IMG/VR virus record: IMGVR_UViG_3300045988_176028
DNA: 64,000 nucleotides
DNA from: a virus
Reading direction: 5' to 3' (one strand)
A program made the position numbers and the translations under genes. The notes under the pieces are model-generated. The model saw only the letters and a list, made by a program, of their open reading frames with translations, searched no databases and had not been told where the DNA came from. This document shows, one piece after another, positions 54,626 through 62,429 of the stretch (its first letter is position 1; the number at the start of each line of letters is the position of its first letter).

Positions 54626-54687
54626 GACCCGTCGCCTGTAATCTATGGTTATAGAGATTCCATATGAGGGCGGCGGGTCGTCTTTTT
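54626..54687 (+). terminator. terminator candidate after the nuclease gene
   Basis: 11-bp stem: gacccgtcgcc pairs with ggcggcgggtc (one G-U pair). The loop is long, and gtcttttt follows. Confidence 0.4.
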
Positions 54688-54895
54688 GCGCGAGAGATAA
54701 GGGTTCATCTAGAAGAGAAAAACACCCGTTAAACCCCTTGTTGGGAAAATTTTTCCTGTTTTTCCGGTTTTTCACCAGATGAATGTTCGAGGTCGTTTAC
54801 TGTAACAGTTGAGACCGGGTTTTCGTGGTATATCTTCCACCATCTGGTTTCTTTCCCGGTCTCTGTGGAACGCTCCTCACGGGGAGTGTGTTTCG

Positions 54896-54940
54896 GGTTC
54901 CGCCACCCGTGTGTGGATTCTTTTTTTGGGTGGCGGAACC
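54896..54940. repeat. perfect 13-bp inverted repeat (hairpin)
   Basis: ggttccgccaccc (54896..54908) pairs with gggtggcggaacc (54928..54940). The loop is 19 nt and T-rich, and attttctttt follows. Confidence 0.8.
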
Positions 54941-54988
54941 ATTTTCTTTTCTAATCGACATTGTGGCGATTTGAGAAGAGAATGATGT

Positions 54989-55007
54989 TATACTAGAAGC
55001 GTTCACA
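54989..55007 (+). promoter_or_regulatory. conserved promoter/leader box copy
   Basis: Text is tatactagaagcgttcaca, preceded by TGT. Confidence 0.55.
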
Positions 55008-55040
55008 CAATAACAGAAAAAGCCAGCCAAGGAGAAAAAC

Positions 55041-55412
55041 ATGAGCAACTACTTCAACAGCATCGAACATCAAATCAACCTCATGCTCGACAGGGAACAA
55101 GACCTCCAAGACGAACAGGAACAGCGCCTACGGGATATTCACGACGGCATCGGAGACTACGTGCTGTTGCCCGAAGGCGACCCGTGGAACATCGATGACT
55201 ACGAGCAAGACCCACAGCCCACCAACGTCAACAACACTTGCAGTCACGGACTCTATGTTGACGAAGGTGTGAAATCTGGAACCATGTATCATCTCAACCC
55301 TGACCTCGGACTGTGGGCGGCTTGTGACGACTACGAGGACATAGAAAAAATGGTCAGGGAAGGCAAAACGCTCACCCAGCCCATCGACGATTACGATTCG
55401 AAGCTCGCCTGA
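55041..55412 (+). CDS. acidic hypothetical protein, 123 aa
   Basis: Complete ATG ORF, RBS AAGGAG. Asp/Glu-rich. Confidence 0.6.
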   Translation: MSNYFNSIEHQINLMLDREQDLQDEQEQRLRDIHDGIGDYVLLPEGDPWNIDDYEQDPQPTNVNNTCSHGLYVDEGVKSGTMYHLNPDLGLWAACDDYEDIEKMVREGKTLTQPIDDYDSKLA

Positions 55413-55457
55413 GAAAGAATTTTTCCTGCAACCTTCCTTGTTTGCGAAAAACTACGT

Positions 55458-55476
55458 TATAGTGGAACCAGTCACA
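55458..55476 (+). promoter_or_regulatory. conserved promoter/leader box copy
   Basis: Text is tatagtggaaccagtcaca. Confidence 0.5.
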
Positions 55477-55494
55477 AACAAGGAAGGTTCCTTT

Positions 55495-55827
55495 TTGAAC
55501 ACCGAAACGGACATCACGGACAGTCAAACCCAAGAACGTTCCCGTCCGCGCAAAGACCTTGACACCGTAGGAGGGTTCCTTGACTCCTGCAAGGACGAGA
55601 CGCCAATCCTGCTTTACTTCAACACAAACGACGGAATACAAAGAATCCCCCACATCCTAGGAGACCCGCCCACCGTCGGACAACTCCGACTCAACAAATA
55701 TCTGCGGCCACTGAAAATCCAACGAAGAGTCCGCTACCAGATTGCCGGAACCAGCGACACCGGCTGGGTCATCCGGGTCGATGAACGATTCAAGAAAAAG
55801 AAATACGTCAAAGCGTCGAAAGCCTGA
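55495..55827 (+). CDS. hypothetical protein, ~110 aa (TTG start)
   Basis: Track ORF 55438..55827 contains the box. AAGGAAGG lies 7 nt before the TTG at 55495. Confidence 0.45.
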   Translation: MNTETDITDSQTQERSRPRKDLDTVGGFLDSCKDETPILLYFNTNDGIQRIPHILGDPPTVGQLRLNKYLRPLKIQRRVRYQIAGTSDTGWVIRVDERFKKKKYVKASKA

Positions 55828-56581
55828 ATACTTGGAATATCAGAACAACACCGTGAACAAAAACTGCCTATACTCCAACGGAGACCGGGAAGCAGTCTTG
55901 CAGACCATCTTCCGTAGGGGAGTCCTCCCACAGGTCGTGGTGTACGCGCTCGGACTACTGGTGGCGGTATGGCTTCTCGCATATTCGAACTCCCTGACGG
56001 GAGGATGGAAAATCATCTTCCTGTTCCTGTCCATCCTGAACTTCGTGTCCGGAATCCGAGGACTCGTCAAGGTAAGCGCCAGCTGGACAACGCTCCGTGA
56101 CTGCGCGTATCCGAACATCGACGCGAACGCGGCTGAAACATGGGATTTGGCAGTATGGCTCGCCAACAGTCCGCAATTCGGAGGAACCCCAATCCGGGAT
56201 ATGCGACAGCAGGAACTACGTGAGGCATTGGATGAGTACGGGCCACTGTTCCAAGCGAACAATCTCGAAGACGTGACCATCCAACTGAACCGGTTGGAAC
56301 GGCTCATGCACGAAGTGGATTGGACAGGCCAATACGTTCATGCTCTCCTTCTATTCCGACAGTTGAAAGACTCGCATCTCAAATATTGGAGCCAACTGGA
56401 CGGAGCCTACCGTCAAACGTTAATAAAACTGACGTCAGGCATGCGTTTGGAAAACCTACGCGAAGACGTGCAACTCTCCCCACACCGCATGGTCATCTTG
56501 GACGGATTGCAGATTAACTGCGGACTGCACGGTACCGCAGGAAAGTACACCGTCGGCTATGAGGACGGCGGTGTACTGTGA
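55742..56581 (+). CDS. membrane protein, up to 279 aa (start uncertain)
   Basis: Two TM helices (VVVYALGLLVAVWLLAY, IIFLFLSILNFVSGI). Candidate starts are 55742, 55781, 55853 and the TTG at 55898 (after GGGAAG). Confidence 0.5.
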   Translation: MPEPATPAGSSGSMNDSRKRNTSKRRKPEYLEYQNNTVNKNCLYSNGDREAVLQTIFRRGVLPQVVVYALGLLVAVWLLAYSNSLTGGWKIIFLFLSILNFVSGIRGLVKVSASWTTLRDCAYPNIDANAAETWDLAVWLANSPQFGGTPIRDMRQQELREALDEYGPLFQANNLEDVTIQLNRLERLMHEVDWTGQYVHALLLFRQLKDSHLKYWSQLDGAYRQTLIKLTSGMRLENLREDVQLSPHRMVILDGLQINCGLHGTAGKYTVGYEDGGVL

Positions 56582-56895
56582 ACTATCAGATGCTACGGGA
56601 CGCTCGTAGTGGACGAATCCACATGTTCTCCGACAATTGCTGGATGCTCCGGGACTGGGTGGCGAAAAACATCGGGCTGGAAGAGAACGGCGTAGCACTC
56701 ATACGCAGACTCGACCTGTTGGAAATGGAAAAATACTCCACCAAAATGATGGACAATCCCGAATCGTCCAGCGAGGAATACTGGCAAGCGAAAACCATGC
56801 ATGACGGCGTGGTCAGAACCTTCAAAGAACTATCGCCGGTGGCGCTACTCGAATACTGGGACTGTCTGAACGACACTCCCGTCAACATCCTCTGA
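56578..56895 (+). CDS. hypothetical protein, 105 aa
   Basis: The GTG start overlaps the previous stop (GTGA). Confidence 0.5.
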   Translation: MNYQMLRDARSGRIHMFSDNCWMLRDWVAKNIGLEENGVALIRRLDLLEMEKYSTKMMDNPESSSEEYWQAKTMHDGVVRTFKELSPVALLEYWDCLNDTPVNIL

Positions 56896-56932
56896 GCTTA
56901 GAAAAACCCCAAAACCTCTGAAAGGAGCAGCA

Positions 56933-57376
56933 TTGGACGAAGAATCCTCCACCCAACGTTTCCGTGTCCTCATGGCCGGTATCAGCGAAGGTGAGACCAG
57001 AATCCTCTACAACATCGAAAATGGAAGGTTGACCGCCGACATTCTCAAAAGCAACATCGGCAGACGACTGCTGGATGCCGGACTCATCCGACGTAACGGG
57101 CAATCAGCCCCGTCCCTCACCAAGGATGGCATGCGCCTCGTATCCACGCTCGCCCAAGGCGAGGCAGACCGTCCAATCCGACTATACGAGCGCAACAGCG
57201 AAACGCTGCTCCGCCAAGCCGGACAGGGAACGGCCAACGCATACAAGACCGGTTTCGAAAACGCCGCCGTCGAACTGTTGACCGACCGGCTTGTCCGACT
57301 TGACATCGCCTCCGGAACCCTCACCCTGCTTCCTGCGGGAACGGAACTCCTGTCCAAGCTCGACAAGGCGGCTTGA
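56933..57376 (+). CDS. hypothetical protein, 147 aa (possible winged-helix)
   Basis: TTG start 5 nt after AAAGGAG. Confidence 0.5.
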   Translation: MDEESSTQRFRVLMAGISEGETRILYNIENGRLTADILKSNIGRRLLDAGLIRRNGQSAPSLTKDGMRLVSTLAQGEADRPIRLYERNSETLLRQAGQGTANAYKTGFENAAVELLTDRLVRLDIASGTLTLLPAGTELLSKLDKAA

Positions 57377-57377
57377 C

Positions 57378-57581
57378 ATGCTGGGCTGGCTGACTCAACA
57401 GAACGTGCTTGTGGCGATTGCTATTGGAGCCATCATCCTACTGCTCATGTTCCTCATCCCCGCCGTCGAGGAACTGGTCGGCACGTATACTCCGTTGGGA
57501 GAATTCTGCGAAAGGCCGAACATGAGATGGGCTGTGGTCATCCTGACCATCGTAGCGGTTCTCACGGTAGTGGTCATCTGA
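57378..57581 (+). CDS. small two-TM membrane protein, 67 aa
   Basis: ATG at 57378 (MLGWLTQQNVLVAIAIGAIILLLMFLIP...WAVVILTIVAVLTVVVI). Confidence 0.5.
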   Translation: MLGWLTQQNVLVAIAIGAIILLLMFLIPAVEELVGTYTPLGEFCERPNMRWAVVILTIVAVLTVVVI

Positions 57582-57595
57582 CTTTTTCCCTTGAC

Positions 57596-57623
57596 GGGGA
57601 CGGCTTGATGCCGTCCCTTTTTT
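57596..57623 (+). terminator. rho-independent terminator
   Basis: Stem ggggacggc pairs with gccgtccc, followed by tttttt. Confidence 0.7.
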
Positions 57624-57696
57624 GTTTCCCGCATCAAGTATGGGACAGTGTTCCAGCCGACTAATCTAGGAAAGGAAAGACTCGAAAGGTGGAAAC

Positions 57697-57981
57697 GTGA
57701 AAGGCTTCCTAAAGAACCTATTGGCTTTGACCGGGCTGGCGTCCATCATCACCATGCTCGGCTCCCTCGCATATGTGGATAAGAAACTACATGATGTGGG
57801 CAACGAATACAAGTACGGCCCCGCACGGCATCTGGAGTATTTGAGCGCGCTGTTGCACTCCTTCAACCGTTCTATAGATGTTATTGCCGCCGACACGCAT
57901 CGGAAGGTGTGCGATGAGGAGAATCGGAAGTATGACCGTTTGGAGGATGAGCGGGAGAGGGCTTGGAGCGCGGCCCGCTGA
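57697..57981 (+). CDS. membrane-anchored hypothetical protein, 94 aa
   Basis: GTG start after AAAGGTGGA. N-terminal hydrophobic helix. Confidence 0.5.
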   Translation: MKGFLKNLLALTGLASIITMLGSLAYVDKKLHDVGNEYKYGPARHLEYLSALLHSFNRSIDVIAADTHRKVCDEENRKYDRLEDERERAWSAAR

Positions 57982-58011
57982 GTATTTGGTTTTCTTTGCG
58001 TCTGTCTATGT

Positions 58012-58030
58012 TATAGTGGAACTGTTCACA
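58012..58030 (+). promoter_or_regulatory. conserved promoter/leader box copy
   Basis: Text is tatagtggaactgttcaca, preceded by TGT. Confidence 0.6.
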
Positions 58031-58053
58031 TAAAACAGATTCGAAGGAAGACT

Positions 58054-58311
58054 ATGAACCAAAAAGTCCTCATCACTCTCAACAACGGAGCGAAACGTAT
58101 CGTATACCGTGACGACCTCTGCCACGAGCTGGCCGACCTGCTCCGGCTCTACCTGCACGCCGACGCGTTGCCGGGAACAGGGGAACGTTGGGAACTGTTG
58201 AGGACGCTTGCATCCACTCTCATTGGTCGCGCTATCGAAAAAGGGCTTTTTGAGGACTGCGCCCGCGTGAACGTGTATCCGGTTTCTTTCCAAATGGTTC
58301 GGCCTGATTGA
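58054..58311 (+). CDS. hypothetical protein, 85 aa
   Basis: Complete ATG ORF, RBS GAAGGAAG. Confidence 0.55.
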   Translation: MNQKVLITLNNGAKRIVYRDDLCHELADLLRLYLHADALPGTGERWELLRTLASTLIGRAIEKGLFEDCARVNVYPVSFQMVRPD

Positions 58312-58330
58312 CATATTCAACAAACTGAGT

Positions 58331-58349
58331 TACAGTGGAACTGTTCACA
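58331..58349 (+). promoter_or_regulatory. conserved promoter/leader box copy
   Basis: Text is tacagtggaactgttcaca. Confidence 0.55.
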
Positions 58350-58375
58350 CATATAGACCCAAAGGAGAAAACCAA

Positions 58376-58639
58376 ATGACCGTCAACGAACTCATCGAAC
58401 AATTAAAGAACCTACCCAAGGAAGTACGCGAACGCCCCATCATGGACGGCAATCCGAACAATGAATACTGGTTGGCCGACCTCCGCGCGATTTCAGTCGC
58501 CAAGGTCGTTGTATCCGGCGATGGCGCTTGTAACATGTACGACCCGGTACTTTCCGACGAGGAAAACATCGAAGAACTGGAAGACAGATACGACATGTCA
58601 ATGCATGTCGAACATCGGGCATTGGCATTCTTCAATTGA
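58376..58639 (+). CDS. hypothetical protein, 87 aa
   Basis: Complete ATG ORF, RBS AAAGGAG. Confidence 0.55.
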   Translation: MTVNELIEQLKNLPKEVRERPIMDGNPNNEYWLADLRAISVAKVVVSGDGACNMYDPVLSDEENIEELEDRYDMSMHVEHRALAFFN

Positions 58640-58655
58640 GATAGGGGTCGTACAA

Positions 58656-59105
58656 ATGGACGCGAACACTCCCATTAACATTCCCATCCGTCTTGAACAG
58701 TGGATACATGACAACTACATGGAAGTCGAAACCATTATCATCGATGCCCGGACAATCCTAGACGCAACCGATTTCGATAATCTTCCCGAATGGGAGGATT
58801 GGGATACGGACTTCATCGCGGAGGACGCTCAAAGAATTGGGCTGCTGAAAATGTGGTCTGGGCCATTCACCGTCGAACTATTCAACTGTGACGAGTATCC
58901 CGACTATCTCGAATGGCGCAAAACTCATAAGACCGTCGAAGGTGCCGCAGAACACATTCTCGACTTGAGCAAGAAGGAACTACTGTGGCAAATCGAAGAA
59001 ACCAAGAAGCAACTAGACAAGTATGTTAGCCAATATGAGGCGTTAAGCGGGGAGAATCCGCGTCAAACTTCTAGAACGGCACTGGTTGGCAGACCACTCG
59101 TCTAA
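58656..59105 (+). CDS. acidic hypothetical protein, 149 aa
   Basis: Internal ATG at 58656 (MDANTPINIPIRLEQW). Asp/Glu/Trp-rich (DFDNLPEWEDWDTDFIAED). Confidence 0.5.
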   Translation: MDANTPINIPIRLEQWIHDNYMEVETIIIDARTILDATDFDNLPEWEDWDTDFIAEDAQRIGLLKMWSGPFTVELFNCDEYPDYLEWRKTHKTVEGAAEHILDLSKKELLWQIEETKKQLDKYVSQYEALSGENPRQTSRTALVGRPLV

Positions 59106-59131
59106 CATCCGAGAGAAAAGAAGAAAACCAA

Positions 59132-59500
59132 ATGGTATGCAAAAATACCCCGGACAACTGGGCTACCCGCCGAGTCCTCGCAATCTCATACAGTCCGGAC
59201 GGCAGATATAAGGAAACACTATTCGAGCGTGAAGAAGATGGAAACTATTATGCGGGCTGTGGAAGATTCTACGCCAGCGATATCGAGGATAGAACCAAGT
59301 TCTATCCGATTCCGGACGACGAGAAACTATCTCGCTGGGTGTTGAAGGATGGAACGGTAATCACTTCGTCCGAGAATAGTGACATCCTTAACCCGGAGGC
59401 CATGCGTGTTATGACTTTCGACGGCACTCGTATCGTAATCCCAGCCGAACAGCTTAACTACGTGCAGGACATGTGTGAGGATACCAATGCAGAATACTGA
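59132..59500 (+). CDS. hypothetical protein, 122 aa
   Basis: Complete ATG ORF. Confidence 0.5.
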   Translation: MVCKNTPDNWATRRVLAISYSPDGRYKETLFEREEDGNYYAGCGRFYASDIEDRTKFYPIPDDEKLSRWVLKDGTVITSSENSDILNPEAMRVMTFDGTRIVIPAEQLNYVQDMCEDTNAEY

Positions 59501-59846
59501 ACAAAACCGTTGGATATTACTGGATATGGCTCGTGCCATGGGTGGCTACGGCTACGACGAGATGTGGTGGGCTGACGTTTTTGAGCCGGACGAATTGGAG
59601 TATTCCGCTCCCGACTTGTATGAGAAGTTCGTCAACTCGTCCGACTACGACCCTGCTGCTCATTGGTTCCGTCGTAAGGAATACGGTGTCGGTTTCGAGT
59701 CGGTCACGGACGAGAGCCTGTTGGCGGATGCTTGGCATATGCGGGATGATATTGTCGAATTGGCTTCTCGTAGGGATGTGTGGCTGAATATTCCGGATAT
59801 CGATTTTGTTTCGCGTATTCGGAAGCTTGGGGTTGTGGTTTCTTAG
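59487..59846 (+). CDS. hypothetical protein, 119 aa
   Basis: ATG at 59487 (MQNTEQNRW), 5 nt after GAGGA. Overlaps the previous gene by 14 nt. Confidence 0.5.
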   Translation: MQNTEQNRWILLDMARAMGGYGYDEMWWADVFEPDELEYSAPDLYEKFVNSSDYDPAAHWFRRKEYGVGFESVTDESLLADAWHMRDDIVELASRRDVWLNIPDIDFVSRIRKLGVVVS

Positions 59847-59871
59847 GATTGTCTCTCTGAAAATTCCATGC

Positions 59872-59890
59872 TATACTGGAAACGTTCACA
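59872..59890 (+). promoter_or_regulatory. conserved promoter/leader box copy
   Basis: Text is tatactggaaacgttcaca, preceded by TGC. Confidence 0.6.
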
Positions 59891-59917
59891 AAAAAGTTTT
59901 CGGAAAGAGCAAGAAAA

Positions 59918-60117
59918 ATGAGCGACATCAAGACGCCTGTCACCCCAATAGACGAGGAACGGGTCAAAAAAACTGGTACCCTCGCTACTCGCATTCAGAC
60001 ATGAACGACAATATTCGCCTCCGCTTGAACAAGGCGATTGAAACCACCGATTCTGAGGAATTCGTGGACATTGCCTACAAGCTGGGACTGTTCCTTACGG
60101 AAGGGGAAGACGATTGA
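59918..60117 (+). CDS. two coupled micro-ORFs (28 aa, 59918..60004; 38 aa, 60001..60117), or one gene split at an A7 run
   Basis: MSDIKTPVTPIDEERVKKTGTLATRIQT stop, then an ATGA overlap into MNDNIRLRLNKAIETTDSEEFVDIAYKLGLFLTEGEDD. An A7 run at 59967..59973 could equally hide a frameshift. Confidence 0.3.
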
Positions 60118-60662
60118 GCGTCGAAGAAACAGGAGTTTGGACGGAAACTTATCCAAAAGAACCTTGCCCATTCTGCGGAAAAACGGTTGCTATTCGAATC
60201 AGCGAGATTCTTATTGTGGACAAAAAATACTGGAAAGTCCGTATTTTCGACGATAGTGGTTGCCCGTTGTCCGCAATGTTCGAGCGGGGCTTGCGAATGG
60301 GGTCAGCGGGGGAAGTGTGTGCCGTTCTTAAAAAGGATTGGCATGAGATTGTGGAAACCGTTTCCACTATGCCGGTTTGTCCCGAATGTGGACGCTCCCC
60401 GGTTTGTCGTTATTCCACGAACCTCGACCGTTGGATTATCCTTTGCGAAAAAGGACATTTGAGAACGGATGAGGCTTTCGTTCTCTCTGCCATGAGGAAT
60501 TGGAACAAGAAAGTCGGTCAATATGTTTGCGACAATCAGAACCAACGACTCGGTCAATGTCTGATGGAGTTCTGGCATCAAGGGGATACGTCGGACGAGA
60601 ATCTTCCGGAATTCATGCGGCAAAGTTGGCGGATAAAACACGCCGATTGGGAGAGAAAGTGA
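60114..60662 (+). CDS. tandem Lar-like zinc-ribbon protein (restriction-alleviation family candidate), 182 aa
   Basis: Two modules: EPCPFCGKTV...YWKV...C and MPVCPECGRS...WIILC...AFVLSAMRNWNKK. They resemble the CPFCG...W-x-V-x-C...AWNRR pattern of Lar-family proteins (from memory). Confidence 0.5.
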   Translation: MSVEETGVWTETYPKEPCPFCGKTVAIRISEILIVDKKYWKVRIFDDSGCPLSAMFERGLRMGSAGEVCAVLKKDWHEIVETVSTMPVCPECGRSPVCRYSTNLDRWIILCEKGHLRTDEAFVLSAMRNWNKKVGQYVCDNQNQRLGQCLMEFWHQGDTSDENLPEFMRQSWRIKHADWERK

Positions 60663-61018
60663 ACGAAAACGTAAATTACCATCCGCTACGCCGTTGCGTC
60701 ATCTGCAACGAATCAGTGGAGGCCGACGACCCGACATGCGCGGTCTGCGGCCAACCGGCTTGCAGTAACCACGCTTACGACGTGGGTGGCGGCGAATGGT
60801 ATTGCGCCGACTGCCACCACGGAAAAACTCACCCGTGCGCGGACTGTGGTACGCCATCCCATTGGCGGTGCAAGGATTGCGGCAAATGGGTTTGCAAAAA
60901 CCATTCGACATTCGTCGCGGTTCAAGGTGAGGAATTCTATACTCTTTTCGGCTACTACTGCGATAATGATTTACGTTGGGAACTAGCGGAAGAACAAGCT
61001 AAGGAGGTGACGTTGTGA
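60659..61018 (+). CDS. Cys-rich zinc-finger protein, 119 aa
   Basis: The GTG start overlaps the previous stop. Four CxxC pairs (CVIC, CAVC, CADC, CADC/CKDC). Confidence 0.5.
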   Translation: MNENVNYHPLRRCVICNESVEADDPTCAVCGQPACSNHAYDVGGGEWYCADCHHGKTHPCADCGTPSHWRCKDCGKWVCKNHSTFVAVQGEEFYTLFGYYCDNDLRWELAEEQAKEVTL

Positions 61019-61076
61019 GCGAGAAAACCAGACGGGATAAGACGTTGAAGCTTATCGAGGACGGCGATGACGATGA

Positions 61077-61111
61077 TTGGAAGACTGCCGTATTTATACT
61101 TCCTTCTACTC
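61077..61111 (+). repeat. 38-nt repeat family, copy C
   Basis: Text is ttggaagactgccgtatttatacttccttctactc. Lies just upstream of the terminator at 61124. Confidence 0.65.
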
Positions 61112-61123
61112 GCTTGAGTTTTG

Positions 61124-61156
61124 GCCGCTCCTTTTCTGGGAGCGGCTTTTATTTTT
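61124..61156 (+). terminator. rho-independent terminator
   Basis: Stem gccgctcc pairs with ggagcggc, followed by ttttattttt. Confidence 0.7.
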
Positions 61157-61169
61157 CTCATCCAGATGT

Positions 61170-61188
61170 TATAGTGGAATTGTTCACA
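61170..61188 (+). promoter_or_regulatory. conserved promoter/leader box copy
   Basis: Text is tatagtggaattgttcaca, preceded by TGT. Confidence 0.6.
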
Positions 61189-61210
61189 AAAAATGGTTAA
61201 GGAGAAAAAT

Positions 61211-61939
61211 ATGAGCGACAAAAACACCACACCAAAACTTCCCAAGTACAAGAAGACCATCGACGCTACCGGATTCGGACTATCCTGCGTCACCGAATAC
61301 GGGTTCGATGACGCAGGGCTGTTCCACCACTCATACACGTACAACTACAAGAACAGGAAGGCCGTCATCCAAGTGATGGGAAGCCAGCAGCCCGCCGACT
61401 GGCATACCCGCCAAAGCGCCTACGCCTCCTACTATGAGGATGGGAAACAGGTAGGCCGAACCCGTGCCTATAACATTCTTGAAAACGCTCAAATCAAGGC
61501 AGTCCGTTGGATTATGGGCTTCGGCTCGGATAGCAAGGCGGAAGAAGCCTATCGTGCCGTTCGACTGGAGAAAAGCCATCGCAATCAGCAAATCTGCCGT
61601 CGCATCCCCAAACCATTGCGCATGGAAGTCGAGGGGCTTGCAAATAAGCTGGGTTTGAAAATCCACGGCGACGAAGACAACAGCATTGTGGAAACGTTCG
61701 TGAACACGTATCTCGCCACTGCGGAACAGAATGGTCTGATTGAACTGAGAGAACGTCAATACGGTTACGAAAAGTCGATGACCGTATGGCTGGACGGGGA
61801 TGCGAGCCGCAAAACCGAAGACGCCCCCGACTGGGAGAAGTTCAAGGAAACCGTCGTGGAAATCGTCCCACTCTATTTGGAATGTAGACGGAAAACGGCG
61901 GAAAGCGTTGGTCTGGGGGAGAAGCTGGCTGAAAACTAA
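61211..61939 (+). CDS. hypothetical protein, 242 aa
   Basis: ATG at 61211 (MSDKNTTPKLPKYKK), RBS AAGGAG. Confidence 0.6.
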   Translation: MSDKNTTPKLPKYKKTIDATGFGLSCVTEYGFDDAGLFHHSYTYNYKNRKAVIQVMGSQQPADWHTRQSAYASYYEDGKQVGRTRAYNILENAQIKAVRWIMGFGSDSKAEEAYRAVRLEKSHRNQQICRRIPKPLRMEVEGLANKLGLKIHGDEDNSIVETFVNTYLATAEQNGLIELRERQYGYEKSMTVWLDGDASRKTEDAPDWEKFKETVVEIVPLYLECRRKTAESVGLGEKLAEN

Positions 61940-62429
61940 TCCTGATGGTTGGGACAGAAAACTGCTCCAACCATTTTTGTTGCGTTCTCCAATATCTGCC
62001 TATAATCCTCAAGGACACCTACTGTCACGTTTAAGTCCACGGCCATTGGGAAAAGCTCACCCTCATAGATTCGTTCGGATTGGATATATTCGAACGGATT
62101 GATAAGCAGTATCGCCGTCTCCTTACGAACGTATGATTCAGCCTTGTCATCGTATTGTTTCCAGCAACAAGTATCACCGTGAGTCCAATGGAATAGTTCA
62201 TGCGTTAACGTGCATCGTTTCTGCCGCTCGTTCAACCGTGGGTCTATGACGATGATGCGGGTTTCCTCGTCATATACGCCGTATATACGCCGTTGATGTT
62301 TTCCGGAAGTTCCTCCTCGAAAACGTATGGCGCTTGACGTGTGAGTCCTACCATCCGTTTTATCTCTTCATAGCACATTCGCCGGTCGATGGCGACGCTT
62401 CTGTTGTCTACTGGGGGATGTTTCAGCAA
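61936..62429 (-). pseudogene. ImmA/IrrE-type HExxH metallopeptidase gene disrupted by an 11-bp tandem duplication
   Basis: ORFs 62244..62429 and 61936..62235 are one gene split by atatacgccgt duplicated exactly (62272..62282 and 62283..62293). Removing one copy restores ...ENINGVYDEETRIIVIDPRLNERQKRCTLTHELFHW. Confidence 0.7.

Noticed and set aside
61015-61200. 61-aa ORF (MSEKTRRDKTLKLIEDGDDDDWKTAVFILPSTRLSFG...)
   Set aside because: Its 3' two-thirds run through repeat copy C, a strong terminator hairpin and the next promoter box. At most a short N-terminal peptide could be real.
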